NCBI RefSeq assembly: GCF_009914755.1
Contig: NC_060933.1
Length of the DNA: 64,000 bases
Strand: one strand, 5' to 3'
Origin: the human T2T-CHM13v2.0 reference genome, Homo sapiens
Shown: positions 52,511 to 64,000 of the stretch, piece after piece
Layout of the letters: each line of letters starts with the position of its first letter
Position numbering within the stretch: the first letter of the stretch is position 1
Position numbers and translations under genes: made by a program
Notes under the pieces: model-generated
Seen by the model: only the letters and a program-made list of their open reading frames with translations
Database searches by the model: none
Told to the model about the DNA's origin: nothing

Positions 52511-55479
52511 TCCATTCCATTCCATTCCATTCCATTCCATTCCATTCCACTCCATTTCATTCCGTTCCCTTCCATTTAATTCCATTCCATTCTATTCGGG
52601 TTAATTCCATTCCATTCCATTCCATTCCATTCCATTCCAATCGAGTTGATTCCATTCCATTCCATTCCATTCCATTCCACTCCATTCCAGTCCTTTCCAT
52701 TCCATTCCACTCGGGTTGATTCCAATGTATTCCTTTCCAGTCCATTCCATTGCATTGCAATCGAGTTGATTCCATTGCTTTGCATTCCATTCCATTCCAT
52801 TCCATTCCGGATGATTCCATTCCATTGCATTCCATTCCATTCCATTCCATTCCCCTGCACTCGGGTTGATTCCATTCCATTCCACTCCATTCCGTTCCAT
52901 TCCATTCCATTCCATTGTATTTGGGTTAATTCCATTCCATTCCATTCCATTCCATTCCATTCCATTCCATTCCATTACAATCGGGTTGATTCCATTCCAT
53001 TCCATTCCATTGCATTCCATTCCAGTCCTTTCCATTCCATTCCACTCGGGTTGATTCCATTCTATTAGTTTCCATTCCATTCCATTCCCTTCCATTCCAC
53101 TCTGGTTGATTCCATTCCTTTCCAATCCACTCGAATACATTCCCTCCTATTCCACTCGGAACGATTCCATTCCATTCCATTCCATTCCATTCCATTCCAT
53201 TCCATTTCTTTCCATTCCATTCCATTCGATTGCATTCCATTCCATTCCATTCCATTCCACTCGTGTTGATTCCATTCCTTTCCATTCCATTCGGTTTGAA
53301 GCCATTCCATTCCATTCCATTCCATTCCATTCCATTCCATTCCATTCCATTCCATTCCATTGTACTCGGGTTGATTCCATTCAATTGCATTCCATTCCAT
53401 TCCATTCCATTCCATTCCGTTCCATTCCATTCCATTACATTCGGATTGATTCTATTCAACTCCCTTAGTCTCCATTACATTCCATTCCATTCGGGTTGTT
53501 CCATTCCATTCCATTCCATTCCACTCCATTCCATTGCACTCGGGTTGATTCCATTCCATTCCATTCCATTCCATTCCATTCCGGATGATTCCATTCCATT
53601 ACATTCTTTTCCATTACATTCCCCTGCACTCGCGTTGATTCCATTCCATTCCATTCCATTCCCCACCATTCCATTCCATTCCATTCCATTCCATTCCATT
53701 CCGTTCCGTTCCATTCCGTTCCATTCTATTCCATTCAATTCGGGTTAATTCCATTCCATTCCATTCCATTCCATTCTATTCCATTCCATTGCAATCGAGT
53801 TGAATCCATTGCATTCCATTCCATTCCATTCCATTCCGGAAGATTCCATTCCATTGCATTCCATTACATTCCATTCCCCTGCACTCGCGTTGATTCCATT
53901 CCATTCCATTCCATTCGGATTCATTCTATTCAATTCCCTTACACTCCATTACATTCCATTCGATTCGTGTAGTTTCCATTCCATTCCAATCCATTCCTCT
54001 CCATTCCATTGCACTCGGGTTGATTCCATTCCATTCCATTCCATTCCATTCCATTCCATTCCATTCCATTCCGGATGATTCCATTCCATTGAATTCCATT
54101 CCATTCCATTCCCCTGCACTTGGGTTGATTCCATTCCATTCCATTCCATTCCTTTCTGTTCCATTCAATTCCATTCCATTCCATTCTATTCGTGTTAATT
54201 CCATTCCATTCTATTCCATTCCATTCCATTGAAATCGAGTTGATTCCATTCCATTCCATTCCATTCCATTCCATTCCATTCCTTTCCATTCCGGATGATT
54301 CCATTCCATTGCATTCCATTCCATTCCATTCCCCTGCACTCGGGTTGATTCCATTCCATTCCATTCCATTACATTCCATTCCATTCCGTTCCATTTCATT
54401 CTATTCGGGTTAATTCCATTCCATTCCATTCCACTCCATTCCAGTCCTTTCCATTCCATTCCACTCGGGATGATTCCATTCTATTCCTTTCACTTCCATT
54501 CCATTCCATTGCAATCGAGTTGATTCCATTCGAGTTGAATCCATTCCATTCCATTCCATTGCACACGGGTTCATTCCATTCCATTCCATTCCATTCCATT
54601 CCATTCCATTTCATTCCATTCCATTCTATGCCGTACCATTCCATTCCATCCCATTCCATTCCGTTCCATTCCATGCCATTACACTCGGGTTGATTCCATT
54701 CCTTTCCATTCCATTCTTGTTGAATCCATTCCATTCCATTCCATTCCATTCGAATCCATTCCATTGCACTCGGGTTGATTCCATTCCATTCCATTCCATT
54801 CCATTTCATTCCATTCCATTCCATTCCATTCGGTTTGATTCTATTCAATTCCCTTACACTCCATTACATTCCATTCCATTCGGGATGTTTCCATTCCATT
54901 CCATTCCACTCCACTCCATTCCATTGCATCAGGTTGATTGCATTCCATTCCATTCCATTCCATTCCGGATGATTCCATTCCATTGCATTCCATTCCATTC
55001 CATTCCCCTGCACTCGGGTTGATTCCATTCCATTCCATTCCATTCCATTCCATTCCGTTCCATTCCATTCCATTCCATTCTATTCCGGTTAATTCCATTC
55101 CATTCCATTCCATTCCATTCCATTCCATTCCATTCCATTCCATTCCATTGCAATCGAGTTGATTCCATTCCATTCCATTCCATTCCGTTCCGGATGATTC
55201 CATTCCATTCCATTCCATTCCATTCCATTCCCCTGCAGTCGGGTTGATTCCATTCCATTCCATTCCATTCCATTCCATTCCGTTCCATTCCATTCCATTC
55301 CATTCTATTTGGGTTAATTCCATTCCATTCCATTCCATTCCATTCCATTAGATTCCATTCCAATCGAGTTGATTCCATTCCATTCCATTCCATTCCATTC
55401 CACTCCATTCCAGTCCTTTCCATTCCATTACACTCGGGTTGATTCAATTCTATTCCTTTCCATTCCATTCCATTCCATT

Positions 55480-58400
55480 GCAATCGAGTGGATTCCATTG
55501 CTTTGCATTCCATTCCATTCCATTCCATTCCGGATGATTCCATTCCATTGCATTCCATTCCATTCCATTCCCCTGCACTCGGGTTGATTCCATTCCATTC
55601 CACTCCATTCCGTTCCATTCCATTCCATTCCATTGTATTCGGGTTAATTCCATTCCATTCCATTCCATTCCATTCCATTCCATTCCATTACAATCGAGTT
55701 GATTCCATTCCATTCCATTCCATTCCATTCCATTCCATTCCATTCCAGTCCTTTCCATTCCTTTCCACTCGGGTTGATTCCATTCTATTAGTTTCCATTC
55801 CATTCCATTCCCTTCCATTCCACTCTGGTTGATTCCATTCCTTTCCATTCCACTCGAATACATTCCCTCCTATTCCACTCGGAACGATTCCATTCCATTC
55901 CATTCCATTCCATTCCATTCCATTCCAGTTCGTTCGATTCCATTCTATTCCATACCATTCCATTCCATTCCATTCCTTTCCATTCCATTCCTTTCCACTC
56001 GTGTTTATTCCATTCCTTTCCATTCCATTCGGTTTGAAGGCAATCCATTCCATTCAATTCCATTCCATTCCATTCCATTCCATTCCATTCTATTCCATTC
56101 CATTGCCATCGAGTTGAATCCATTGCCTTTCATTCCATTCCATTCCATTCCGGAAGATTCCATTCCATTGCATTCCATTCCATTCCATTCCCCTGCACTC
56201 GCGTTGATTCCATTCCATTCCATTCCATTCCATTCCATTCCATTCCGTTCCGTTCCATTCCATTCCATTCCATTCCATTCGGGTTAATTCCATTCCATTC
56301 CATTCGATTGCCATCGAGTTGATTCCATTCCATTCCATTCCATTCCATTCCATTCCATTGCAATCGAGTTGATTCCATTCCATTCCTTTCCATTCCATTC
56401 CATTGCCTTGCATTCCACTCGGGTTGATTCCATTCCCTTCTTTCCACTCTATTACATTCCCTTCCATTCCACTCGGAATGATTGATTCCATTCTTTCCAT
56501 TCCATTTCATTCCATTGCAATCCATTCCTATCCATTCCATTCCATTCCATTCCACTCGAGTTGACTTCATTCCATTCCTTTCCATTCCATTCCATTCCTT
56601 TCCACTCGAGTTGATTCCATTCCATTCCATTCAGTTGCATTCCATTCCATGCCATTCCACTCGGGTTGATTCCATTCCTTTGCAGTCCATTCCATTCCAT
56701 TCCATTCCATTCCATTCCATTCCATTCCATTCCATTCCATTCCGTTGCATTCCATTCCATTACATTCGGATTGATTCTATTCAACTCCCTTACTGTCCAT
56801 TACATTCCATTCCATTCGGGTTGTTCCATTCCATTCCATTTCATTCCTCTCCATTCCATTGCACTCGGGTTGATTCCATTCCATTCCATTCCTTTCCATT
56901 CCATTCCATTCCGGATGATTCCATTCCATTGCATTCCGTTCCATTACATTCCCCTACACTTGCGTTGATTCCATTCCATTCCATTCCATTCCATTCAATT
57001 CCATTCCATTACAATTCGTTCCATTCCATTCTATTCCATACCATTCCATTCCATTCCATACCATTCCATTCCATTCCATTCCATTCCATTCCATTCCGTT
57101 CCGTTCCATTCCATTCCATTCCATTGTATTCGGGTTAATTCCATTCCATTCCATTCCATTCCATTCCATTCCATTCCATTCCATTCCATTACAATCGAGT
57201 TGATTGCCTTCCATTCCATTCCATTCCATTCCATTTCAGTCCTTTCCATTCCATTCCACTCGGGTTGATTCCATTCTATTAGTTTCCATTCCATTCCATT
57301 CCCTTCCATTCCACTCTGGTTGATTCCATTCCTTTCCATTCCACTCGAATACATTCCCTCCTATTCCACTCGGAACGATACCATTCCATTCCATTCCATT
57401 CCATTCCATTCCATTCCATTCCATTCCAGTTCGTTCCATTCCGTTCTATTCCGTACCATTCCATTCCATTCCATTCCTTTCCATTCCATTCCTTTCCACT
57501 CGTGTTGATTCCATTCCTTTCCATTCCATTCGGTTTGAAGAGATTCCATTCCATTCAATTCCATTCCATTCCATTCCATTCCATTCCATTCCATTCCATT
57601 CCATTCTATTCCATTCCATTGCAATCGAGTTGAATCCATTGCCTTTCATTCCATTCCATTGCATTCCATTCCATTCCGGAAGATTCCATTCCATTGCATT
57701 CCATTACATTCCATTCCCCTGCACTCGCGTTGATTCCATTCCATTCCATTCCATTCCATTCCGTTCCGTTCCATTCCATTCCATTCCATTCCATTCCATT
57801 CCATTCCGTTCCGTTCCATTCCATTCCATTCAATTCTATTCGGGTTAATTCCATTCCATTCCATTCGATTGCCATCGAGTTGATTCCATTCCATTCCATT
57901 CCATTCCATTCCATTCCATTCCATTCCTTTCCATTCCATTACGGATGACTCCATTCCATTGCATTCCGGTCGATTCCATTCCTCTGTACTCGGGTTGATT
58001 CCATTCCATTCCATTCACCTCCATTCGGTTCCATTGCATTCCATTCTATTGCATTCCATTCTATTCGGGTTAATTCCATTCCATTCTATTCCATTCCATT
58101 GGATTCCATTCCATTGCAATGGAGTTGATTCCATTCCATTCCATTCCATTCCGGATGATTCCATTCCATTGCATTCCATTCCATTCCATTCCCCTGCACT
58201 CGGGTTGATTCCATTCCATTCCATTACATTACATTCCGTTCCATTCCATTCCATTCCATTCGGATTGATTTTATTCAATTCCCTTACACTCCATTCCATT
58301 CCATTCCATTCGGGTAGTTTCCATTCCTTTCCATTCCATTCCTCTCTATTCCATTGCCCTCGGGTTGATTCCATTCCATTGCATTCCATTCCATTCCATT

Positions 58401-61400
58401 CCATTCCATTCCATTCCATTGTACTCGGGTTGATTCCATTCCATTGCATTCCATTCCATTCCATTCCATTCCATTCCATTCCATTCCGTTCCATTCCATT
58501 ACATTACATTCGGATTGATTCTATTCAACTCCCTTACTCTCCATTACATTCCATTCCATTCGGGTTGTTCCATTCCATTCCATTCCATTCCACTCCATTC
58601 CATTGCACTCGGGTTGATTCCATTCCATTCCATTCCATTCCATTCCATTCCATTCCATTCCATCCCGGATGATTCCATTCCATTGCATTCCGTTCCATTA
58701 CATTACCCTGCACTCCGGTTGATTCCATTCCATTCCATTCGATTCCATTCGATTCCATTCCATTCCAATTCGTTCCATTCCAATCTATTCCGTACCATTC
58801 CATTACATTCCATACCATTCCATTCCATTCCATAGCATTCCATTCCATTCAATTCCATTCCATTAGAATTCGTTCCATTCCATTCTATTCCGTACCATTC
58901 CATTCCATTCCATACCATTGCAGTCCATTCCGTTCCATTCCATTCCATTCCATTCCGTTCCATTCCGTTCCATTCCATTCCATTCCATTCTATTCGGGTT
59001 AATTCCATTCCATTCCATTCCATTCCATTCTATTCCATTCCATTGCAATCGAGTTGAATCCATTGCATTTCATTCCATTCCATTCCATTCCATTCCGAAA
59101 GATTCCATTCCATTGCATTCCATTCCATTCCATTCCCCTACACTCGCGTTGATTCCATTCCATTCCATTCCATTCCATTCCATTCCGTTCCGTTCCATTC
59201 CGTTCCATTCCATTCCATTCCATTCCATTCCGTTCCGTTCCATTCCATTCCATTCCATTCTATTTGGGTTAATTCCATTCCATTCCATTCCATTGCAATC
59301 GAGTTGATTCCATTCCATTCCATTCCATTCCGGTCCGGATGATTCCATTCCATTCCATTCCATTCCATTCCATTACCCTGCAGTCGGGTTGATTCCATTC
59401 CATTCCATTCCATTCCATTCCATTCCATTCCATTCCATTCCATTCCGTTGCATTCCATTCCATTACATTCGGATTGATTCTATTCAACTCCCTTACTCTC
59501 CATTCCATTCCATTCCATTCGGGTTGTTCCATTCCATTCCATTCCATTCCACTCCATTCCATTACACTCGGGTTGATTCAATTATATTCCTTTCCATTCC
59601 ATTCCATTCCATTGCAATCGAGTTGATTCCATTGCATTGCATTCCATTCCATTCCGGATGATTCCATTCCATTGCATTCCATTCCATTCCATTCCCCTGC
59701 ACTCGGGTTGATTCCATTCCATTCCACTCCATTCCGTTCCATTCCATTCCATTCCATTCCATTCCATTGTATTCGGGTTAATTCCATTCCATTCCATTCC
59801 ATTCCATTCCATTCCATTCCATTCCATTACAATCGAGTTGATTCCATTCCATTCCATTCCATTCCATTCCATTACATTCCAGTCCTTTCCATTCCTTTCC
59901 ACTCGGGTTGATTCCATTCTATTAGTTTCCATTCCATTCCATTCCCTTCCATTCCACTCTGGTTGATTCCATTCCTTTCCATTCCACTCGAATACATTCC
60001 CTCCTATTCCACTCGGAACGATTCCATTCCATTCTATTCCATTCCATTCCATTCCATTCCATTCCAGTTCGTTCGATTCCATTCTATTCCATACCATTCC
60101 ATTCCATTCCATTCCTTTCCATTCCATTCCTTTCCACTCGTGTTGATTCCATTCCTTTCCATTCCATTCGGTTTGAAGGCATTCCATTCCATTCAATTCC
60201 GTTCCATTCCATTCCATTCCATTCCATTCTATTCCATTCCATTGCAGTCGAGTTGAATCCATTGCCTTTCATTCCATTCCATTCCATTCCGGAAGATTCC
60301 ATTCCATTGCATTCCATTCCATTCCATTCCCCTGCACTCGCGTTGATTCCATTCCATTCCATTCCATTCCATTCCGTTCCGTTCCATTCCATTCCATTCC
60401 ATTCCATTCCATTCCGTTCCGTTCCATTCCATTCCATTCCATTCTATTCGGGTTAATTCCATTCCATTCCATTCGATTGCCATCGAGTTGATTCCATTCC
60501 ATTCCATTCCATTCCATTCCATTCCATTCCATTCCATTCCACTCCATTCGGTTCCGTTGCATTCCATTCTATTGCATTCCATTCTATTCGGGTTAATTCC
60601 ATTCCATTCTATTCCATTCCATTCCATTCCATTCCATTGCAATGGAGTTGATTCCATTCCATTCCATTCCATTCCGGATGATTCCATTCCATTGCATTGC
60701 ATTCCATTCCATTCCCCTACACTCGTGTTGATTCCATTCCCTTCCATTCCATTCCATTCCGTTCCATTCCATTCCATTCCATTCTATTCCAGTTAATTCC
60801 ATTAAATTCCATTCCATTGCATTGCAATCGAGTTGATTCCATTCCATTCCTTTCCATTCCATTCCATTGCCTTGCATTCCACTCGGGTTGATTCCATTCC
60901 CTTCTTTCCACTCTATTACATTCCCTTCCATTCCACTCGGAATGATTGATTCCATTCCATTCCATTCCATTTCATTCCATTGCAATCCATTCCAATCCAT
61001 TCCATTCCATTCCATTCCACTCGAGTTGACTTCATTCCATTCCTTTCCATTCCATTCCATTCATTTACACTCGAGTTGATTCCATTCCATTCCATTCCAT
61101 TGCATTCCATTCCATGCCATTCCACTCTGGTTGATTCCATTCCTTTGCATTCCATTCCATTCCATTCCATTCCATTCCATTCCATTCCGTTGCATTCCAT
61201 TCCATTACATTCGGATTGATTCTATTCAACTCCCTTACTGTCCATTACATTCCATTCCATTCGGGTTGTTCCATTCCATTCCATTCCATTCCACTCCATT
61301 CCATTGCACTCGGGTTGATTCCATTCCATTCCATTCCTTTCCATTCCATTCCGGATGTTTCCATTCCATTGCATTCCGTTGCATTACATTCCCCTGCACT

Positions 61401-61560
61401 CGCGTTGATTCCATTCCATTCCATTCCATTCCATTCAATTCCATTCCATTACAATTCGTTCCATTCCATTCTATTCCGTACCATTCCATTCCATTCCATA
61501 CCATTCCATTCCATTCCATTCCATTCCATTCCGTTCCATTCTGTTCCATTCCATTCCATT
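55480..61560 (-). repeat. Direct duplication ~55.5-57.1 kb vs ~59.6-61.55 kb (offset ~4135, then ~4450 bp)
   Basis: Shared CCTTTCCATTCCTTTCCACTCGGG, CCAGTTCGTTCGATTCC (55925/60064), CTTCTTTCCACTCTATTAC (56437/60901) and TACTGTCCAT (56791/61237); ~320-bp indel near 60500-60820. Confidence 0.82.
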
Positions 61561-64000
61561 CTATTCGGGTTAATTCCATTCCATTCCATTCCATTCCATT
61601 CTATTTCATTCCATTGCAATCGAGTTGAATCCACTGCATTTCATTCCATTCCATTCCACTCCATTCCATTCCGGAATATTCCATTCCATTGCATTCCATT
61701 CCATTCCATTCCCCTGCACTCGCATTGATTCCATTCCATTCCATTCCATTTCATTCCATTCCGTTCCGTTCCGTTCCATTCCATTCCATTCCATTCCATT
61801 CCATTCCATTCCATTCCGTTCCGTTCCATTCCATTCCATTCCATTCTATTCGGGTTAATTCCATTCCATTCCATTCGATTGCAATCGTGTTGATTCCATT
61901 CCATTCCATTCCATTCCATTCCATTCCATTCCATTCCATTCCATTCCATTCCATTGTACTCAGGTTGATTCCATTCCATTGCATTCCATTCCATTCCATT
62001 CCATTCCGTTGCATTCAATTACATTCAGCTTGATTCTATTCAACTCCCTTACTCTCCATTACATTCCATTCCATTCGTGTTTTCCATTCCATTCCATTCC
62101 ATTCCACTCCATTCCATTGCACTCGGGTTGATTCCATTCCATTCCATTCCATTCCATTCCATTGCGGATGATTCCATTCCATTGCATTCCATTCCATTAC
62201 ATTCCCCTGCACTCGCGTTGATTCCATTCCATTCCATTCAATTCCATTCCATTACAATTCGTTCCATTCCATTCTATTCCGTACCATTCCATTCCATTCC
62301 ATACCATTCCATTTCATTCCATTCCATTCCATTCCGTTCCATTCCGTTCCATTGCATTCCATTCCATTCTATTCGGGTTAATTCCATTCCATTCCATTCC
62401 ATTCCATTCCATTCTATTCCATTCCATTGCAATCGAGTTGAATCCATTGCATTTCATTCCATTCCATTCCATTCCATTCCGGAAGATTCCATTCCATTGC
62501 ATTCCATTCCATTCCATTCCCCTGCACTCGCGTTGATTCCATTCCATTCCATTCCATTCCGTTCCGTTCCGTTCCGTTCCATTCCATTCCATTCCATTCC
62601 ATTCCGTTCCGTTCCGTTCCGTTCCATTCCATTCCATTCCATTCTATTTGGGTTAATTCCATTCCATTCCATTCGATTGCAATCGAGTTGATTCCATTCC
62701 ATTCCATTCCATTCCATTCCATTCCATGCCATTCCTTTCCATTCCATTACGGATGATTCCATTCCATTGCATTCCATTCCATTCCATTCCCCTGTACTCG
62801 GGTTGATTCCATTCCATTCCATTCCAATCCATGCCATTCCACTCGTGTTGATTCCATTCTTTCCATTCCATTCAAGTTGAATCCATTCCATTGCATTGCA
62901 TTCCATTCGATTCCATTCGATTGCACTCGGGTTGATTCCATTCCATTCCATTCCATTCCATTCCATTCCATTCCGTTCCATTCCATTCCATTACATTCGG
63001 ATTGATTCTATTCAATTCCCTTACACTCCATTACATTCCATTCCATTCGGGTAGTTTCCATTCGATTCCATTCCATTCCTCTCCATTCGATTGCACTCGG
63101 GTTGATTCCATTCCATTGCATTCCATTGCATTCCATTCAATTCCATTCCGTTCCATTCCATTCCATTACATTCGGAATGATTCTATTCAACTCCCTTTCT
63201 CTCCATTACATTCCATTCCATTCGGGTTGTTCCATTCCATTCCATTCCATTCCACTCCATTCCATTGCACTCGGGTTGATTCCATTCCATTCCATTCCAT
63301 TCCATTCCGGAAGATTCCATTCCATTGCATTCCATTCCATTCCATTCCCCTGCACTCGCGTTGATTCCATTCCATTCCATTCCGTTCCGTTCCATTCCAT
63401 TCCATTCCATTCCATTCCATTCCATTCCTTTCCGTTCCTTTCCATTCCATTCCATTCCATTCTATTCGAGTTAATTCCATTCCATTCCATTCGATTGCAA
63501 TCGAGTTGATTCCATTCCATTGCATTCCATTCCATTCGATTCCATTCGATTGCACTCGGGTTGATTCCTTTCCATTGCATTGCATTCCATTCCATTCCAT
63601 TCCATTCCATTCCATTCCATTCCGTTCCATTCCTTTCCATTATATTCGGATTGATTCTATTCAATTCCCTTACACTCCATTACATTGCATTCCATTCGGG
63701 TAGTTTCCACTCCATTCCATTCCATTCCTCTCCATTCCATTGCACTCGGTTTGATTCCATTCCATTGCATTCCATTCCATTCCATTCAATTCCATTCCTT
63801 TCCATTCCATTCCATTACATTCGGATTGATTCTATTCAACTCCCTTACTCTCCATTACATTCCATTCCATTCGGGTTGTTCCATTCCATTCCATTCCATT
63901 CCACGCCATTCCATTGCACTCGGGTTTATTCCATTCCATTCCATTCCATTCCATTCCGGAAGATTCCATTCCATTGCATTCCATTACATTCCATTCCCCT

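Larger units (their letters stand above)
44119..64000 (-). repeat. Same HSat3 array in inverted orientation ((CATTC)n on +)
   Basis: From 44,119 the + strand reads (ATTCC)n with reverse complements of the same markers (ACTCGGGTTG, AATCGAGTTG, CCCTTACTCTCC, CGAATACATTCCCTCCTATTCC). Confidence 0.97.

Noticed and set aside
5-63703. Hundreds of ORFs (poly-MEWNG, poly-HSIPF) as protein-coding genes
   Set aside because: Three pentamers equal five codons with no stop on either strand, so ORFs overlap in all frames. Paralogous copies gain stops and frameshifts freely, and there are no domains.
1-64000. CRISPR-like pattern of conserved words with variable spacers
   Set aside because: The 'spacers' are GGAAT repeats, not unique sequence. 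There is no constant repeat-spacer period and no cas gene.
1-64000. Human satellite 2 (HSat2)
   Set aside because: CATTCGATTC is confined mostly to one module. Long pure CATTC runs and CAACCCGAGT-type decamers are typical of HSat3.

Overview
The whole 64 kb is pericentromeric satellite DNA: a diverged (GGAAT)n/(CATTC)n pentamer array punctuated by CAAC(C/T/G/A)CGA(G/T/A)T-type decamers, i.e. human satellite 3 (HSat3/SatIII). It contains many copies of a module (AATCAACCCGAGTGCAATCGAATGGAATCG...CCGAGTACAGG) that I recognise from memory as the pHuR98-type SatIII sequence of chromosome 9q12 (HSat3B5). That chromosome assignment is recall, not a search result. I see no genes, RNA genes, transposons or CRISPR arrays. 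All listed ORFs (poly-MEWNG / poly-HSIPF) arise because the pure pentamer has no stop codon in any frame. The real structure is: (1) one strand-inversion breakpoint at ~44,116-44,120, a near-perfect 28-bp palindrome with 5-bp microhomology and rearranged flanks; (2) a mosaic of nested 2-7 kb direct duplications and inverted paralogues, with no fixed higher-order repeat; (3) roughly 45-50 perfect three-unit heat-shock elements (gGAAt-cTTCc-gGAAt) in a near-continuous TEAD-motif lattice; (4) a fixed 175-bp sub-repeat, deletion-only phase shifts and local variant-pentamer expansions. I found no new protein-coding system. The best hypotheses concern how the array inverts and how it may act as a factor-binding platform and dsRNA source. 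All counts and boundaries were read by eye and are approximate.
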